This document shows positions 1 to 12,910 of a DNA stretch of 64,000 bases, in pieces. Below the pieces are notes generated by a model. The model made no database searches and was not told the origin of the DNA. It worked only from the letters and a program-made list of their open reading frames with translations. A program made the translations under genes and the position numbers. The number at the start of each line of letters is the position of its first letter. Position 1 is the first letter of the stretch. This stretch comes from Squalus acanthias (taxonomy: Eukaryota): assembly GCA_030390025.1 (NCBI GenBank), contig CM059429.1, forward strand, positions 15,686,001 to 15,750,000, read 5' to 3'.

Positions 1-858
1 AACACATTTAGTAGGTGCATCAGTTCAAATATTGAGCTTGTTCTAATTGCTACTTTTTCCTCACCTTTTGCTTAAGATATGAAGAATTTGGGATTAAATG
101 GGTTTTTAATTTGGTTTTCATTTTAAAGATTGTATAGGGTTTCATCAATTTAAATTGTGTTTAAGAGCATAGATAGTGATAGGATGTGGAGGAAAAACTG
201 ATCTTGCAGGTTTGCCCATTCTACTATTAATACACATACTGTAATTATAAACATCCAAGTTTGACTTTAAGCACAGGCTTTCTTCTCTACTTTCATTCTT
301 ATTTTGTTGAAGTAGGGGGAGCTCTCCAGGCAAGCTTGATGTGTTGCCCACATAGGGAACTTTTTAATTCTGTATCTTGCATGTGCTATACCTGACTTGA
401 ATGATGCCGGTAGTGTAAAAGCAGGCAAACACTTCCCAGTGCTTGTACCCCCCTCTAAAAATTATACGAACTGAAGCTACCATACATTAATGTAGCAAAA
501 ATGGCATTTTGGCAACTCTTGCTGAAATCTGATTTTTTTTAAATTAAATATTCCAATCCTTCATCCTATTCAAATATTTAAAAGCTATTGACTTGCTTTA
601 ATTCTAATGGAACATTTAAGTTGAGTGTAATTTACTACAAATGTCATCGCTTTGGTCTATTCAGACTAGAAATTCAAAATTGTGAACAAATTGACTAGTT
701 TTCTTAAACATTACTATGTACAGCAAATAAATTGATGTACTTATTCCCAAATCAGGCTTAAAATCTTGACCTGACTCATGTAACTCTAAACTATACTAAT
801 GGGCAACAGAAAACGCTGGAAAAACTCAGCGGGCCAGACAACATCCGTGGAGAGAAAG

Positions 859-895
859 AGTTAACGTTTCAGGTCGATGACCTTTCGTCAGAACT
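859..895 (-). ncRNA. Minimal type I hammerhead ribozyme motif (PLE pLTR)
   Basis: Reverse complement reads AGTT-CTGACGA-A-AGGTC-ATC-GACCT-GAA-ACGT-T-AACT: stem I, CUGANGA core, stem II, GAAA, palindromic stem III. Confidence 0.7.
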
Positions 896-1366
896 GGGAA
901 GAGCCGGAAATCAAATAGATTTAAGGCCAGGGTAAAGCTGGGAAAAGGGGGAGGGGATAAAGGAACAAAGGGGGAGATGAAGAGACATTAAGAGATGTGC
1001 AAGGCTAGAGGTGGTGTAAATGTGACAAATTAAGGCTGAAAGAAGTGTGAAATCCACTGGCAGAATGAAGGACTGCTGCCAGCTTCTAGGAGGGGGAAAA
1101 AAAGGTGGGGGGGGGGGGGGCAAATAAAAGGGTGGGAAAAATAAAATATAAATGTGATTGGAGCTGAGGTTATGATCTAAAATTGTTGAACTCGATATTG
1201 AGTCCAGAGGGCTGTAGCGTGCCTAAACGAAAGATGAGGTGCTGTTCCTCAAGCTTACGCCTTGCATATCTCTTAATGTCTCCATCTCCCCCTTTGTTTC
1301 TTTATCCCCTCCCCCTTTTCCCAGCTTTACCCTGGCCTTAAATCTATTTGATTTCCGGCTCTTCCC

Positions 1367-1403
1367 AGTTCTGACGAAAGGTCATCGACCTGAAACGTTA
1401 ACT
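1367..1403 (+). ncRNA. Minimal type I hammerhead ribozyme motif (PLE pLTR)
   Basis: AGTT CTGACGA A AGGTC ATC GACCT GAA ACGT T AACT. Confidence 0.7.
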
Positions 1404-2829
1404 CTTTCTCTCTCCACAGATGTTGTCTGGCCCGCTGAGTTTTTCCAGCATTTTGTTTCGGATTTCCAGCATCCGCAGTATTTTGCTATCGTATACTAAT
1501 GGGCAAATGTGTGTTCTTCCTACAGACCTCTCTTTTTTTCTTGTCCCTCCACCCCTGTGATTCTGCAATCCAGCCCACTAGTACTTTGTCTAAATGGTCA
1601 TTCTTGTATTCAATCCATCAGTCAAGCTTGATCTTGTCCAAACCTGTAAGTCAGTGCATAGTGATCAGGAATAGGAATCTTGCTTGTGCAGGTTCTCCTT
1701 TTTCCTCCGTCACCAAAAAATAAAGTTCAAGAACTGTACACCCTCCAGTGCTGCCCTAGTTCAAATTGGTTAACTCAGCACAAACCAGAGATCAACTGAG
1801 ACTGTCGTGGTATGTGATTTTGATTACTTCACGTGGATTTGAAAGACCACTGATTCATTCAGATGTTCCTGAATGAGTGCTAGGAAATAGCATAATAGAA
1901 AAATTATTCAAGATTAAGAATGTGGCAAAACAGTAAAGTCTGTAATGCATTAAATTTGGTACATACATGCACTCTATTTGGATGCATGTGGTACCTCAAT
2001 AGATTTGCCACTAAGTGAGCAGCTACTGTCTTTTTTAGATGGAGCTTCAAAAGCTCCAGTTCCCTGGGTTTCTGACTCTATCTTATTCAATTAAATTATT
2101 TTTCAATCTTTTTAAAATTGAACATAACATTTTCCTTTTTTCCTTTTTCAACCTCTTGCCACCTTTCAGCTTTTACTTTTCTTCCCCCCCCCCTTCCTGT
2201 TCAGTTAAATTATACTGCTGTCTACTCTTTACACCTGGGAGCCTGGAGTGCCCATATAAAGTTATTTTACATTTTAATATATTTAGTGCTCTACTGGCTT
2301 TGTGGGTCAAATTTTGATGATGGCATAATATAAATGTTATCCATCAATTTGCCGTAGGCCCATCTCCATGATGGTGGCTGTCCCGGCTGCTTTTATGAAC
2401 CCTCCGATGGCCCCTCCACTTTCCCATTGCTTCTGCTGTATTTTTTAAAAAGTTAATGATTTCATACCTATCTCGTGCTTCAGCTCAAGGTATTTGTGCC
2501 AGCTCTTGATGTGGCTCTCTTGGATGATGTCGTGCTCTTGCCTTGCATGTATTGAGTCTGTAGCAGCATTTTTTAATTGTCCTTTTCCCCTTTTTTTGTG
2601 GAGCTTACTCAACCCACACAATATTCTGAAGAAGGTAACTAATAGTTTTTACTGATAAGTGATATTCCACGGTGCCAATCCAACCGTACTATTATCCCCA
2701 CAATTTTCAATCTCCCTATCCTATACCAATTCCATTGATTGGCTCCTCCAATTTCTTGGCAACACATTTCTGTAGAGAGCTTTATCCCTGCCATTTCTTG
2801 AAACCTTTAATGTAGCTTTCTCTTCTCCA

Positions 2830-2872
2830 CCCCCCCCCCCCCCCCCCCCCCCCCCCTCCCCCCCGCACCCCC
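2830..2872. repeat. Poly(C) tract
   Basis: Run of more than 25 C with short interruptions. Confidence 0.9.
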
Positions 2873-4059
2873 ACAAAAGTCAAGGTCAACCTTAGAGTTC
2901 CTAGTATCAGCTACTCTTGTGATTCACACACATCCATCACTGCCAAAGAAAATGTCTAACTTCCAGTCTTGCTTAAGATGTGTTAATTTTGTGCTTGCCC
3001 TCTAGCTCTAGTCGGCTCTAATGTTTTTATGCTGCCATCTTTTTAAAGATCTTGTTCTGTATTTCTAGATCTTTCATAAAAAGGAACAGATATTTCAGTA
3101 TCAACATTGAGTGCTGATTATTTCAAATTTGTAGTTTATAAAAAAAAAATCTTCAGGCCTTAATCTTCCATCAAATTATGCTCTCTAGTCTCTTTGTAAT
3201 GTCCCAGAGTCATCCTTGTCGCTCTAAATCCCTTCAATGTTGTAATTTTAATGGTGGGCTGTGCGAATGTACATAATCTAAATGGATTCAATGGAAAGTT
3301 CATACAGCAGTTAAAATCTTCAATTTTTTTCATCTGGCATTTAATCCTAGTACTTTGATCACATCCAGATGCTTATCTACCTTTTTGAATTGTCACCAGT
3401 TCATTGTGCATATCCAACTTCTGTTCAATTCCATATATACACAGCCCATACTAATCCAATTCCCATTCTTTAGTCGATTTAATTTGTCCATATCCTTTTA
3501 AATGCTGCCTGCCTTCTTTGCATTAATCATGAAGGTTGGTGTGATGGCAAAATTTATAGTACTTGATTCCCACTCAGCTGTTCCTAAGGGCATTTTCACT
3601 CTTTGGGAAATGTAACTCGTCTTCCTGTTGCCTTTGTCTGTTCCAATGGCCACTTGGAATTTTTTTTAAACATTTCTAAGCCAGTGTCTACCAATTGCTT
3701 GTGTAAATTTTGGCTCACTCTTTATGATGCTCCCCAGAGGTGGAAAATTCTTTGAACCAGGGTACTGTTGCCTCAAATTTATCTTGGCAATTGTACTTGG
3801 CTGGGAAGAAACTCTTAGTCAGTCTGTCCCTCAATATAATTTACCTGACATTCAAAGAACTATGGGCATCTAATTGATTTCAAGAGTGTGAGCAATTGTA
3901 TCTTGTAGCTGTCAACATACACCTGCACATATTCACTAACTTTGTTACATGATATATTGCTCCTGTCTTTTATAAAATACCATAGCCCTTGACTTGATGT
4001 GAGCAGTGCTATAGACCATCTACTCATATGTATATGTCTTGTCTATCATATGTCTCACA

Positions 4060-6010
4060 CCTTTTGGATGTGGGTGTCACTGGCATTTATTGCCCATCAC
4101 TATGTTACCCTGAGGGTAGTGGGCTGCCTTCACGAGCCACTGCAGTCCATGTGGTGAAGGTTCTCCTATAATGCTGTTGGGTAGGGAGTTTGAGAACTTT
4201 GACACTGTCTATGAAGGAGCAACAATACATATCCAAGTCAGGATGGTGTGACCTGGAGGTGATGGTGTTCACATGCACTTGCTGCCTTTGTCCTTCTAGG
4301 TGGTGGAGGTCGTGGGTTTGGGAGATGCTGCCAAAGAAGCCTTGGCGTGTTGCTGCAGTATCTCCTGCAGATAGTACCTTCTGTAGCTATATGTTGGTAG
4401 TGGAGGGGGTGGATGTTTAGGCCACTTGAGGTGCTAATCAAGCAGACTCCTTTGTCCTGGATGGTGTCAAACTTCTTGCAGCTGCACCCACCCAGGCAAG
4501 TGGGGAGTATTCCATCACACTCTCATCTTGTGCCTTGTAGTTGCGGAGAGGCTTTGGTGCCTTGGGTGAGCCACTCGAGAGAATAATCAGACTCTGACCT
4601 GCTCTAGTAGTCATGGCATTTGTGGTTTGCCCAATTGTTTTTAGTCAATGGTGACTGCAAGGATGTTGGTGAGGCTCTTGACAATGGTAATGCCATGGGG
4701 AGGTGGTTTGGCACTCATAAATGATTGCTATGTGGCAGCTGTTGCATGAATGTTACTGGCCACTTATCAGCCCAAGGTTGGCTGATGTCCAGGTCTTGCT
4801 GCATGGAGGCATGAACTGCTTTTGCTGTTTAAGGAATTTCAAATGGAGCTGAACAGTGTGCAATTATCAGCAGCAAACAGCCCCACTTCTGACCTTATGA
4901 TGGAGGGAAGGACTTTGGTGAAGTAGTTGAAGCCAGTTAGGACACTGCCCTGAGAAATTCCTGTAGTAATGTCCTGGGTTTGAGATGATTGGCCTCCAAC
5001 AACAAGGCTGTAATAAAGTCTGTAGCCGAGTGGTCCTGGTGGAACCCAAACTGGGAATCGGTGAGCAGGTTGTTGATGAATAAGTGGCGCTGATAACACT
5101 GTTGACTACTACTTCAGTCACTTTGCTGATTGGGAGTAGACTCTGCAGCCCAGCAATTGGACAGGAGGATTTGTCCTCCATTGTGAATAGAACACATCCC
5201 TGGGCAGTTTTCCAGATTGTCTGGTAAATGCCACTGTTGTAGTTGCACTGTTCAAGTTGGCTAGGGGCTTAGCTAGTTCTGGAGCACAGGTCTTCATTAC
5301 AGTGGGGATGTTGTTGATGCTCGTTGCTGTTTCCAATGCACTCAGCTGTTTCTTGATGTCACGTGGAGTGAATTGAATAGACTGGCATCTGTGATGCTGG
5401 GAACCTCGGGAGGAGGCTGTGAAAGTTCATCCGTGTGGTACTTTTGGCTTAAGATGGCTGCAAACACTTCAGCCTTGTTTTATGCACTTGTTTGCTAGAC
5501 TTTGCCATTGTTGAGGATGTTCATGGAGCCGCCTCTTCCAGTTAGTATCTAAATTGTCCATCACCATTCATGATTGTGGCAGGGCTGCAGAGCTTTGACC
5601 TCATCTGTTGGTTGTTGGCTTGCTTAGCTCTGTAGCATGCATGTAGTCCTGTTGTAGCCTCACCAAGTTGGCTCTTCATTTTCGGGTACATCTGGTGCTG
5701 CTTCCAGCAACCTCTTCTACACATTGAAACAGGGTTGATCATGTGGCTTGATGGTGATGGAGTAAGGGATGTACTGTGCCATGAAGTTGCAAATTGCAGT
5801 GGTATACAATTATGCTGCTGATGGCCTGCAGCACCTCATGGTTGCAGTTTTTGAGCTGCTGGATCTGTTAATGTATCCCACTTACTATGGTGGTGGTGCC
5901 ACACCACACGAGGGTGTCCTCGGTGTGAAGATGGGACTTGGTCTGTGCAAGGACTGTGCGCAGTACACTCCAACCACTGCTGTCATGGACAAATTCATCT
6001 GTGACCAGGT
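4060..6010 (-). mobile_element. Degraded CR1-group LINE (family A), RT region and 3' end
   Basis: Broken ORFs ...GISQGSVL...SEVGLFAADNCTLF and MKTCAPELAKPLA. 3' end is homologous to copies at 29631-30665 and 35793-36405. Confidence 0.8.
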
Positions 6011-8084
6011 TAAGTCGGTTCTGCTGCTGTACTTGAGCTAGAAAACAAAATTTGTTTTAAATTATTGATGTGGAATCTGAAATATACAAGCAGTTACAAC
6101 GGCCTCTAATCTCTAGATAAAATGTAGCTACAGTTACCTAGATTTATCTATTTAGAGCAGTGACTGTAAAGACCTAGACCAGGTTAGCAGCTAAACAGAA
6201 TTGTACTTCAGACTCTAGGCTACCTGTGAGCAACATCACTGAAATTCTGCCGGTGCATTTTTTGCATCTAGTACATGTTTTGTATGGTACTTTGTTAGAT
6301 GCAAAATTATTTTTAAATTGAAACCAGCCATTTAATAATGGGTGCTTCCAGCTTAAAATTTAACAGATAAACTCCAATCTGCAAAGTTCCCTTGCCAAAC
6401 AATATTTAAACTGTTTGCTTTATTTTTAGACTGGCCTGAGGATCGAGATCACTCTAGCAGAACATAAGCATAAACAAGTGCATATATTTGTACAGTACAA
6501 TATATAATACTGCATCTTGGGATGTTTTACTTTGTTAAAGGAGTTCTACAAATCCAGGTTCTTAAACAACAAATGTTTTTTTTTGCTGTGACCAGCATTG
6601 TAGATTGTGTGTAAACTTTACATGCACATGATTTTCCCATCTCTTATTTAACCATCACCTTTGTTTAATGCAAATTTCTGTCTTTCTTGGACAAGGGGCT
6701 GGAGGAAAGTATAAAGGGATAAATTCAATCCATTTGGAATGCAAAGAGAAAAATTCAGGAGCCATAATGTCTACAGCCTTTTTAATTGGTCCTCCCACAA
6801 AATTAAGCCATGATTCTGATCAGGCCCCCAACTGGCAATTAACTGTTGAACTCACTTGATCTTGGACGTGAAGTGTTAAGGGCATAAAGCTTCACCGTAG
6901 CAACAGAAAATGCATTGTTACATGGTTAAAATACATGGTATAATGTTCCTCCTGAAGCCTATCATCTGACTTGCCATAAGCAAAACTGGGAAAATAGGCT
7001 AATATACAAGTATGTCTAGTGCACTTCCTTGTTCATGCAATGCGATACTGGAGAAGTTTCAAGTTTTAATCACACTTCAACAAAAAAACACAACTGTGCA
7101 CAAAGTCCTGTAGCACCAAAAAAAAACCTCTGTTCATAATGGATGGGAATCAAATGTCTAGTAAGGCCAGTTGGATTGCAATCATTTTTATTAAAAAAGC
7201 AAAGCCAAGGTCTGATCTGCAGCCTGAACTAACTTCCCCATTTCCTCATAGCAATTTAGATGTTGTCCTTAAAGGGACATAGCGCACCTTAGAACAGTAC
7301 AAGTGCTTTAATTACATGGTATAATGCTCCCAAGGGCACAATCCAGTTTACTTTGAGCAATGTTGCAGAAGATCTTTTATACTCTTAAAGGGTATGTGCC
7401 TTTCCTGTCTGTCACACTTTAGTTAGAATTATAGGAATCTTTGACTCGTGTGCAAATTTCTTCCTACAGTCTTGCGAAAGGAAGCCAGCCACTTGGAATG
7501 TAGATATTCTTCCAACAATTAAAAAACCTTCTAGAATCATTGTGACTTAAAGGGGGAAAAAATGAACTCTGCAATCACAACTTTTATATTTTTAATAAAA
7601 GCAGCAGACATTTCATCCAGGGTTTTAACTTCCAGCCAGAAGTTAACCTCCATCTCTCTCCATTCTTACAAACAATTATACTGTTCACTTAACTATTAGA
7701 CTCTGATCGTAAAGAGACACAGTCTTGATATTTGCTTGTCTCCTTTTACTTGGGTCTAAATTTTGTAATGGCCTGTGCAAAACTTTCATCTACTCCTGAT
7801 AATTGGCCTTGGAATAAATAGACTTCTACTCCTTGTTCCATACCTGGAACAACTTAACAAAAAAAAGTGTGCTACAGCTCTTTACCTTGTGAAGTAAATC
7901 TCTACTTGACTGTTGCATTTCAGTTTTATTCAGTAGAATATTTGAGTATTTTGGCTGAGCAGTTTATAAATCTCAAACAAAAACTGCATGCATTGATTAT
8001 GCCTGATCCAAGACAGAATTTATATACCCAAGGTGCATAATTTTGCCAAGCAATGAGTTATATAAAACAGTATTTTTTCTCCAC

Positions 8085-8390
8085 AGCCTTAGTCAGGCCA
8101 CATTTAGAATACTGTATCCAGTTTTGGATTCCTCATGGATAATTTAAGGCCCTGGAAAAGGTTCAGAGGAGGGCCACTTGATTGCCTGTTAAGGCCTTTC
8201 ATGGTACATGAGAAGCCTAAGAAAGCCGAGGCTCTTTACTCAAAGGTGTAGACTCCAACGAGACTTAATTGAGGTCTTTAAAATAATGAAAGGATTAGAC
8301 TCTGTCCTAGTGGATAGGCTTTTTGAGCTAGATAGGTCAGGCAGGTTCAGGGGCCACAAGTATAAGCTATGCAACCACAGAACAATTTTT
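8085..8390 (+). mobile_element. CR1 LINE 3' fragment
   Basis: RLQRDLIEVFKIMKGLD...RFRGHKYKL, typical CR1 ORF2 C-terminus. Confidence 0.75.
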
Positions 8391-8394
8391 TAAT

Positions 8395-9250
8395 GTAATG
8401 CCATTAATGTAGCAAGATGTTCCCAAGGTGCTTCACAAACATAATCAGATAAAGTGACACCAAAAGGAGACATTAGGACAAGTGACCCAAAGCTTGGTCA
8501 GAGGTAGGTTTTAAGGAGTGTCTTAAAGAAGGGGAGAGATTTAGGGTGGGAATTCCAGAGCTTGGAGCTTAGACATAGCTGCCAATCATGGGGCAAGCAA
8601 AGTCTGGATGCACAAGCAGCCAAAATTGGAGGAACGCAGTGTTCTCTAAGGCTGGAGGTGGCTAGAGATAGGGAGGGATGGAGAGATTTGAACACTAGGT
8701 GAAGATTTTAAAATCAAGGCGTTACTGGACTAGGAGCCAATGTTGATCAGTGAGCGCAGGGGTGATGGGTGTCTGGGACCTGGTGCAAGTTAGAATATGA
8801 CAGCAGAGTTTTGGATGCACACAAGTTTATAGAGTAGAAGCTGGGAGGCTGGCCAGGAAAGCGTTGGAATAGTCTTGTCTGGAGGTAACAAAAACTGAGG
8901 GTTTCGGCACCAGATAGGCTGACATGGGCGATATTACTGAGGTGGAAGTAGGCGGTCTTGGTGACGAGGATATGGGGTCAGATGCTCAGCTCAGGGTCCG
9001 ATAGGACGCAGAGGTTGCGACATAGTCTGGTTCAGCATGAGTGGTTAGAGAAGACGATGGAATTGGTGACTAGGGACAGAGTTTGTGGAGGGGACCAAAG
9101 ATCATGTCCTGGATCTTCCCAATATTTAATTGAAGGAACTTTCTGCTCCTCTAGTTCTGGATGTCAGACCAGCAGCTTGACAACAGAGGATGATGTCGCT
9201 GAGGGGCAGCATGTAGATGCAAAATAGGAAGGGGCCAAGGATAGATCCCA
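8395..9250 (-). mobile_element. L2 LINE 3' fragment
   Basis: KLWNS...FKTLLKTYL; homologous to the L2 3' end at 45121-46200. Confidence 0.75.
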
Positions 9251-9599
9251 CATGCTAGGTTGTACCACCTCGCGAAGAAACGACCACCACCGGAACAAGT
9301 TGCTGGAATAGGCAGCGAATGTAGATTCACCAAGCATTCAAAAGGGAGCTGGATGAGTTCCTGACTAGCTAACATCTGCATGTACATTGTAGGTGGGTCA
9401 TTGGGGGGTTGCCACCCAGTCATGGTTTTCTGAAGTTTGATTGTCTTCAGGGATTGGAGTGAAATTTCAGATTTGTAAAAAAAAAAAAAAAAAAATTCCT
9501 ATGGTTTTTTCTTTGGCTTTTTACCATACCTGGGAGAGGGACGATAAGATAGGGGGTGATAGTGTGCAGAAGTTGCACCTCACCAGGGGTGGAAGTTCT

Positions 9600-10145
9600 G
9601 TTCACATAAAGCTCTAGTTAGACCCCATTTAGAATAGTGTTCAATTCTGGGCACTGAAAACCTCTAAGGATACATTAACCTTGGAGGGGCTGCAGCGCAG
9701 ATTCGCCAGAATGATACGGGGGCTAAAGGGTTCAACAGGTTGCATAGAATAAGCTTGTATTCCCTTGAGTTTAGAAAATTAAGCGGTGATGTAATTGAAG
9801 TGTTGAGGATGATTAAAGGAGGTCATAGGGTAGATAGAGAAGCTGTTTTCTCTGGAGGGGAGTCCAGAACAATTGGGCACAACCTTAAAATAAGCTAGGC
9901 GGTTCAGGGGTGATGCCAGGAAACACGTTGCAAAAGGGTAGTGGAAATCTGGAACTCTTTCTCTTCCCCAAAAAAAGCTGTTGGCTCCGTCAATTGAAAA
10001 TTTCAAAACTGAGTGGATTTTTGTTATGCAGCAGTATTGAAGTTTATGGTACCAAAGCAGGTAGATGGAATTGAGATACAGCTCAGCCATGATCTAATTG
10101 AATGGCGAAATGGGATCTGACTGGCCTACTCTTGTTCCTATGTTC
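9600..10145 (+). mobile_element. CR1 LINE 3' fragment
   Basis: Degenerate ORF2 C-terminus and CR1 3'UTR (cagccatgatctaattgaatggcg...). Confidence 0.75.
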
Positions 10146-11650
10146 CAGTATAGGACATGCTCAATGGTCCAGCTGGTCTTTAGCTGCTTTGTTTTTGGTA
10201 TGTTCCTATTTGCTCCTACTGTGTAAAGCTGCTAATGGATTGCAAAGTATTCCCCTGCCTTGTGAATTGCAAAATTGTTGGATTGTACCAACAATAGGCC
10301 TCTTGGAACCCTATTTTTATTTTGCCTGAATAAATGATGCAGGTATTAGTTGTCCTTCAAATCTGGCTCCTAATTTACTTGCTTTCACTATATTGCTTCT
10401 TGTAACCATGCCACTTTATAAAAAAAAAAATGAAATTACATCTGAATCCCCTTCTAGGAAACTGCACAAATGTCAGCATAGTTTCAAACTATCTACTTGG
10501 GTTGGTGTCCAGCAACTGATTGGCCAGTTTAATTGGGAAGTGGATAGTGAGTCCTGCTATTATAAGATCTTGATCTCGTGAGTGACTTGTATTTGTGTAC
10601 TGTAGTTAGGAATTGGTCATACAATTACCTTGCTGATCAACATACATACACAATCAGGATATTGACATCATCTGGTGCAGGGTTGGGGGAGAGACCAGGT
10701 TTAGAAAATAGGAAGAAGCTGTCCCTTGAATTCATTCTCTGTAGGATATGATGGCCTTGCACTTGTGTATATGGCTTATTGTGGGCTGTAACTAGCCCTA
10801 ATTCTCCCATGTTGAATAGTTCCTTCCTGTGATAGAAGAATTCTATAATTACATTCAGTCTACTTCTACATAGGAAAGAGTTCCGATTTAATATTGTTTC
10901 TTGCACGAGTTCTGTCTACTGTTTTGGTATCCGCTTATCCAGTGATCCTACTCCGGTCAATCATACCTCAACTACCAACTCACCAATTTTTAAAAATGTT
11001 GCATTTCATAAATCCTTCCTGTAGATTCAAGTGCCTATACAACCCACTCTAGCATTAGTCTAAAATCAACCTGATTTCTAGATTGGTACTGATTGTGACC
11101 AGCAAATCTGTGTTCAGTTGGTGGGACAGTACCAAGAGTGCATCGATTCAGGCAATGAGGTGGTGCTGACCTCATTGCTGTACTGATACAGATTTTGGCA
11201 CTGTCCAAAGTTAGTTGCCTTGGCTCCAGCCCCAGTGTGCATTTGATTCCAGTGCAAAATTTCTCCTTCCCCCTCCACTCCCTTCCCCTTTAGCACATTA
11301 AGCTTTCAAAAATTAATGGTAGAGATGGTAGTTATGTTTGCCTTGGTTGCAAAGTCCCAACTGAGTCATCTAATGGTACAAGCACTAAGCATGGGGCAAT
11401 GTTTGTCAGAGTTGCCGAGAGCCCATGGTTATTTTGCAAATCTGTTAAAGGATTTATTGTTTGGCATTAGAAGGGCTCCAAATTCAGGAGTTGCCTCATT
11501 GATTCCTGTGCCCCAGTATGGTGCTGACTTGGCACATCCTACTGAACAATAGTGATCTTTACATCACCAATGTTGCAGCATCTGAGAATGACACAGTTGC
11601 TAGATTGGGCAGAATATATATTTCCGCTTCCCACCTCCTGTAGGGATATT

Positions 11651-12368
11651 GGGGCAGAAATTCGGCTGTTGGGTGAGTGCGCACTGTGTACTCACCCGTG
11701 GACGGAACAAAAGTGCCGGTTTCTTGCATGCACTGCGCATGCGTGGGAAACCGGCACTTCCGTTCCCCTGAGGAAAGAAGTTCAGAGGTCACACGCCGGA
11801 GGGCCAGCGCGTTCGCCTCGCACTTCGGATTTTTTTTACAGGTTCCTCCGTGAAGGTAAGCACGGAGAAGATGCACTTAAAAAGGAGGCGCAAGGCCTTC
11901 TTTTAACAAGGTAAGTGTTGATTTTATTAATTTTAACTTTTTTCACATTTATCTTAATTACTTTAAAGAAAGGTAAGCTTAGTTTTAGCCCTGTTAAAAA
12001 ATGTAATTTTTTTCAAATTTAAATTTTTGTTTAAAATAGTTAATGTAATTTAGTTATTTTAAAAATGTGATTTTTAAAATTTTTGTAGTTTTAGGGCTGA
12101 TCTCTATTCATAGATTTGATAGGTCTTCCTGTCAAATCTATGAATGAAAGATGGTCTGCTGCCATTGGCTCTCCATGGCCCACGTGATCCCAGGGGATGC
12201 ATCGCACTAACTACGCCCCTGGGATACACAAGTACTGCGCGCTGGCAGTTGGAGGAGGCCCAGGAGCCGAAGTCCCCGTGGGCCCAGACGTCAACGGCAG
12301 GCGCGGTAGTTAGGTGCGCGCGCGATCCTTGCACCTGCGGGAAGCCAGGGAGCCTGAATTTCTGGCCC
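11651..12368. mobile_element. MITE, PIF/Harbinger-like
   Basis: TIR GGGGCAGAAATTC...GAATTTCTGGCCC, flanks ATT/AAT, CpG-rich ends with an AT-rich core, no coding capacity recognised. Confidence 0.65.
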
Positions 12369-12699
12369 AATATTTGTTTCACAAAGAAGCTCTGGCTCCA
12401 TAAACACAACTTGTTCTCTTATCTTTAAGTCCTGTAAAGGGGGAACTTGTATATGTAGTCATTTGAGCAAACAGATTTGTATAGGCCATGCTTGTGGGAG
12501 TTCCAAGTAAATACAGCCTCTGCAAAACCATTGGTACTATTTTGGATCTGCCACAGATGATATCTACTTGAGTTCAGTGGTGTCAGCCACTCCTGTGAAA
12601 CTTTGGGCACCTTATGGATTTTGACTCCCACTGCCTTGTATCTACTAGTAAGTTGGAGTTGGGCGTATAATACTGAAGCTCCCTAGGGTCCTGGACAGC

Positions 12700-12910
12700 T
12701 TGAATGAATGTTTAAGGTGGTGGATGGGGTGCCAATTAAGTGGGCTGCTTGTCCTGGATGGTGTCGAGCTTCGTGTTGTTGGAGCTGCACTCATCCAGGC
12801 AACTGGAGAGTATTCCATCACACTCCTGACTTGTGCTTTTGTAGGTTGTGGAAAGATGGTGGTTAGACTTTCTCTTGTTGGAGATGGTCATTGCCTGGCA
12901 TTTGTGTGGT
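12700..12910 (-). mobile_element. LINE family A fragment
   Basis: Matches 29960-30080 (gaatgtttaaggtggtggatgggg...). Confidence 0.7.

Larger units (their letters stand above)
807..1491 (-). mobile_element. Penelope-like element 3' fragment with inverted pseudo-LTRs
   Basis: Inverted arms of ~200 bp (~806-1004 and ~1260-1458). Minus-strand remnant RKLEEQHLIFRLGTLQPSGLNIEFNNFRS* at ~1170-1259 resembles the end of a PLE GIY-YIG endonuclease ORF. 15-bp direct repeat TATACTAATGGGCAA at 792-806 and 1492-1506. Confidence 0.85.
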
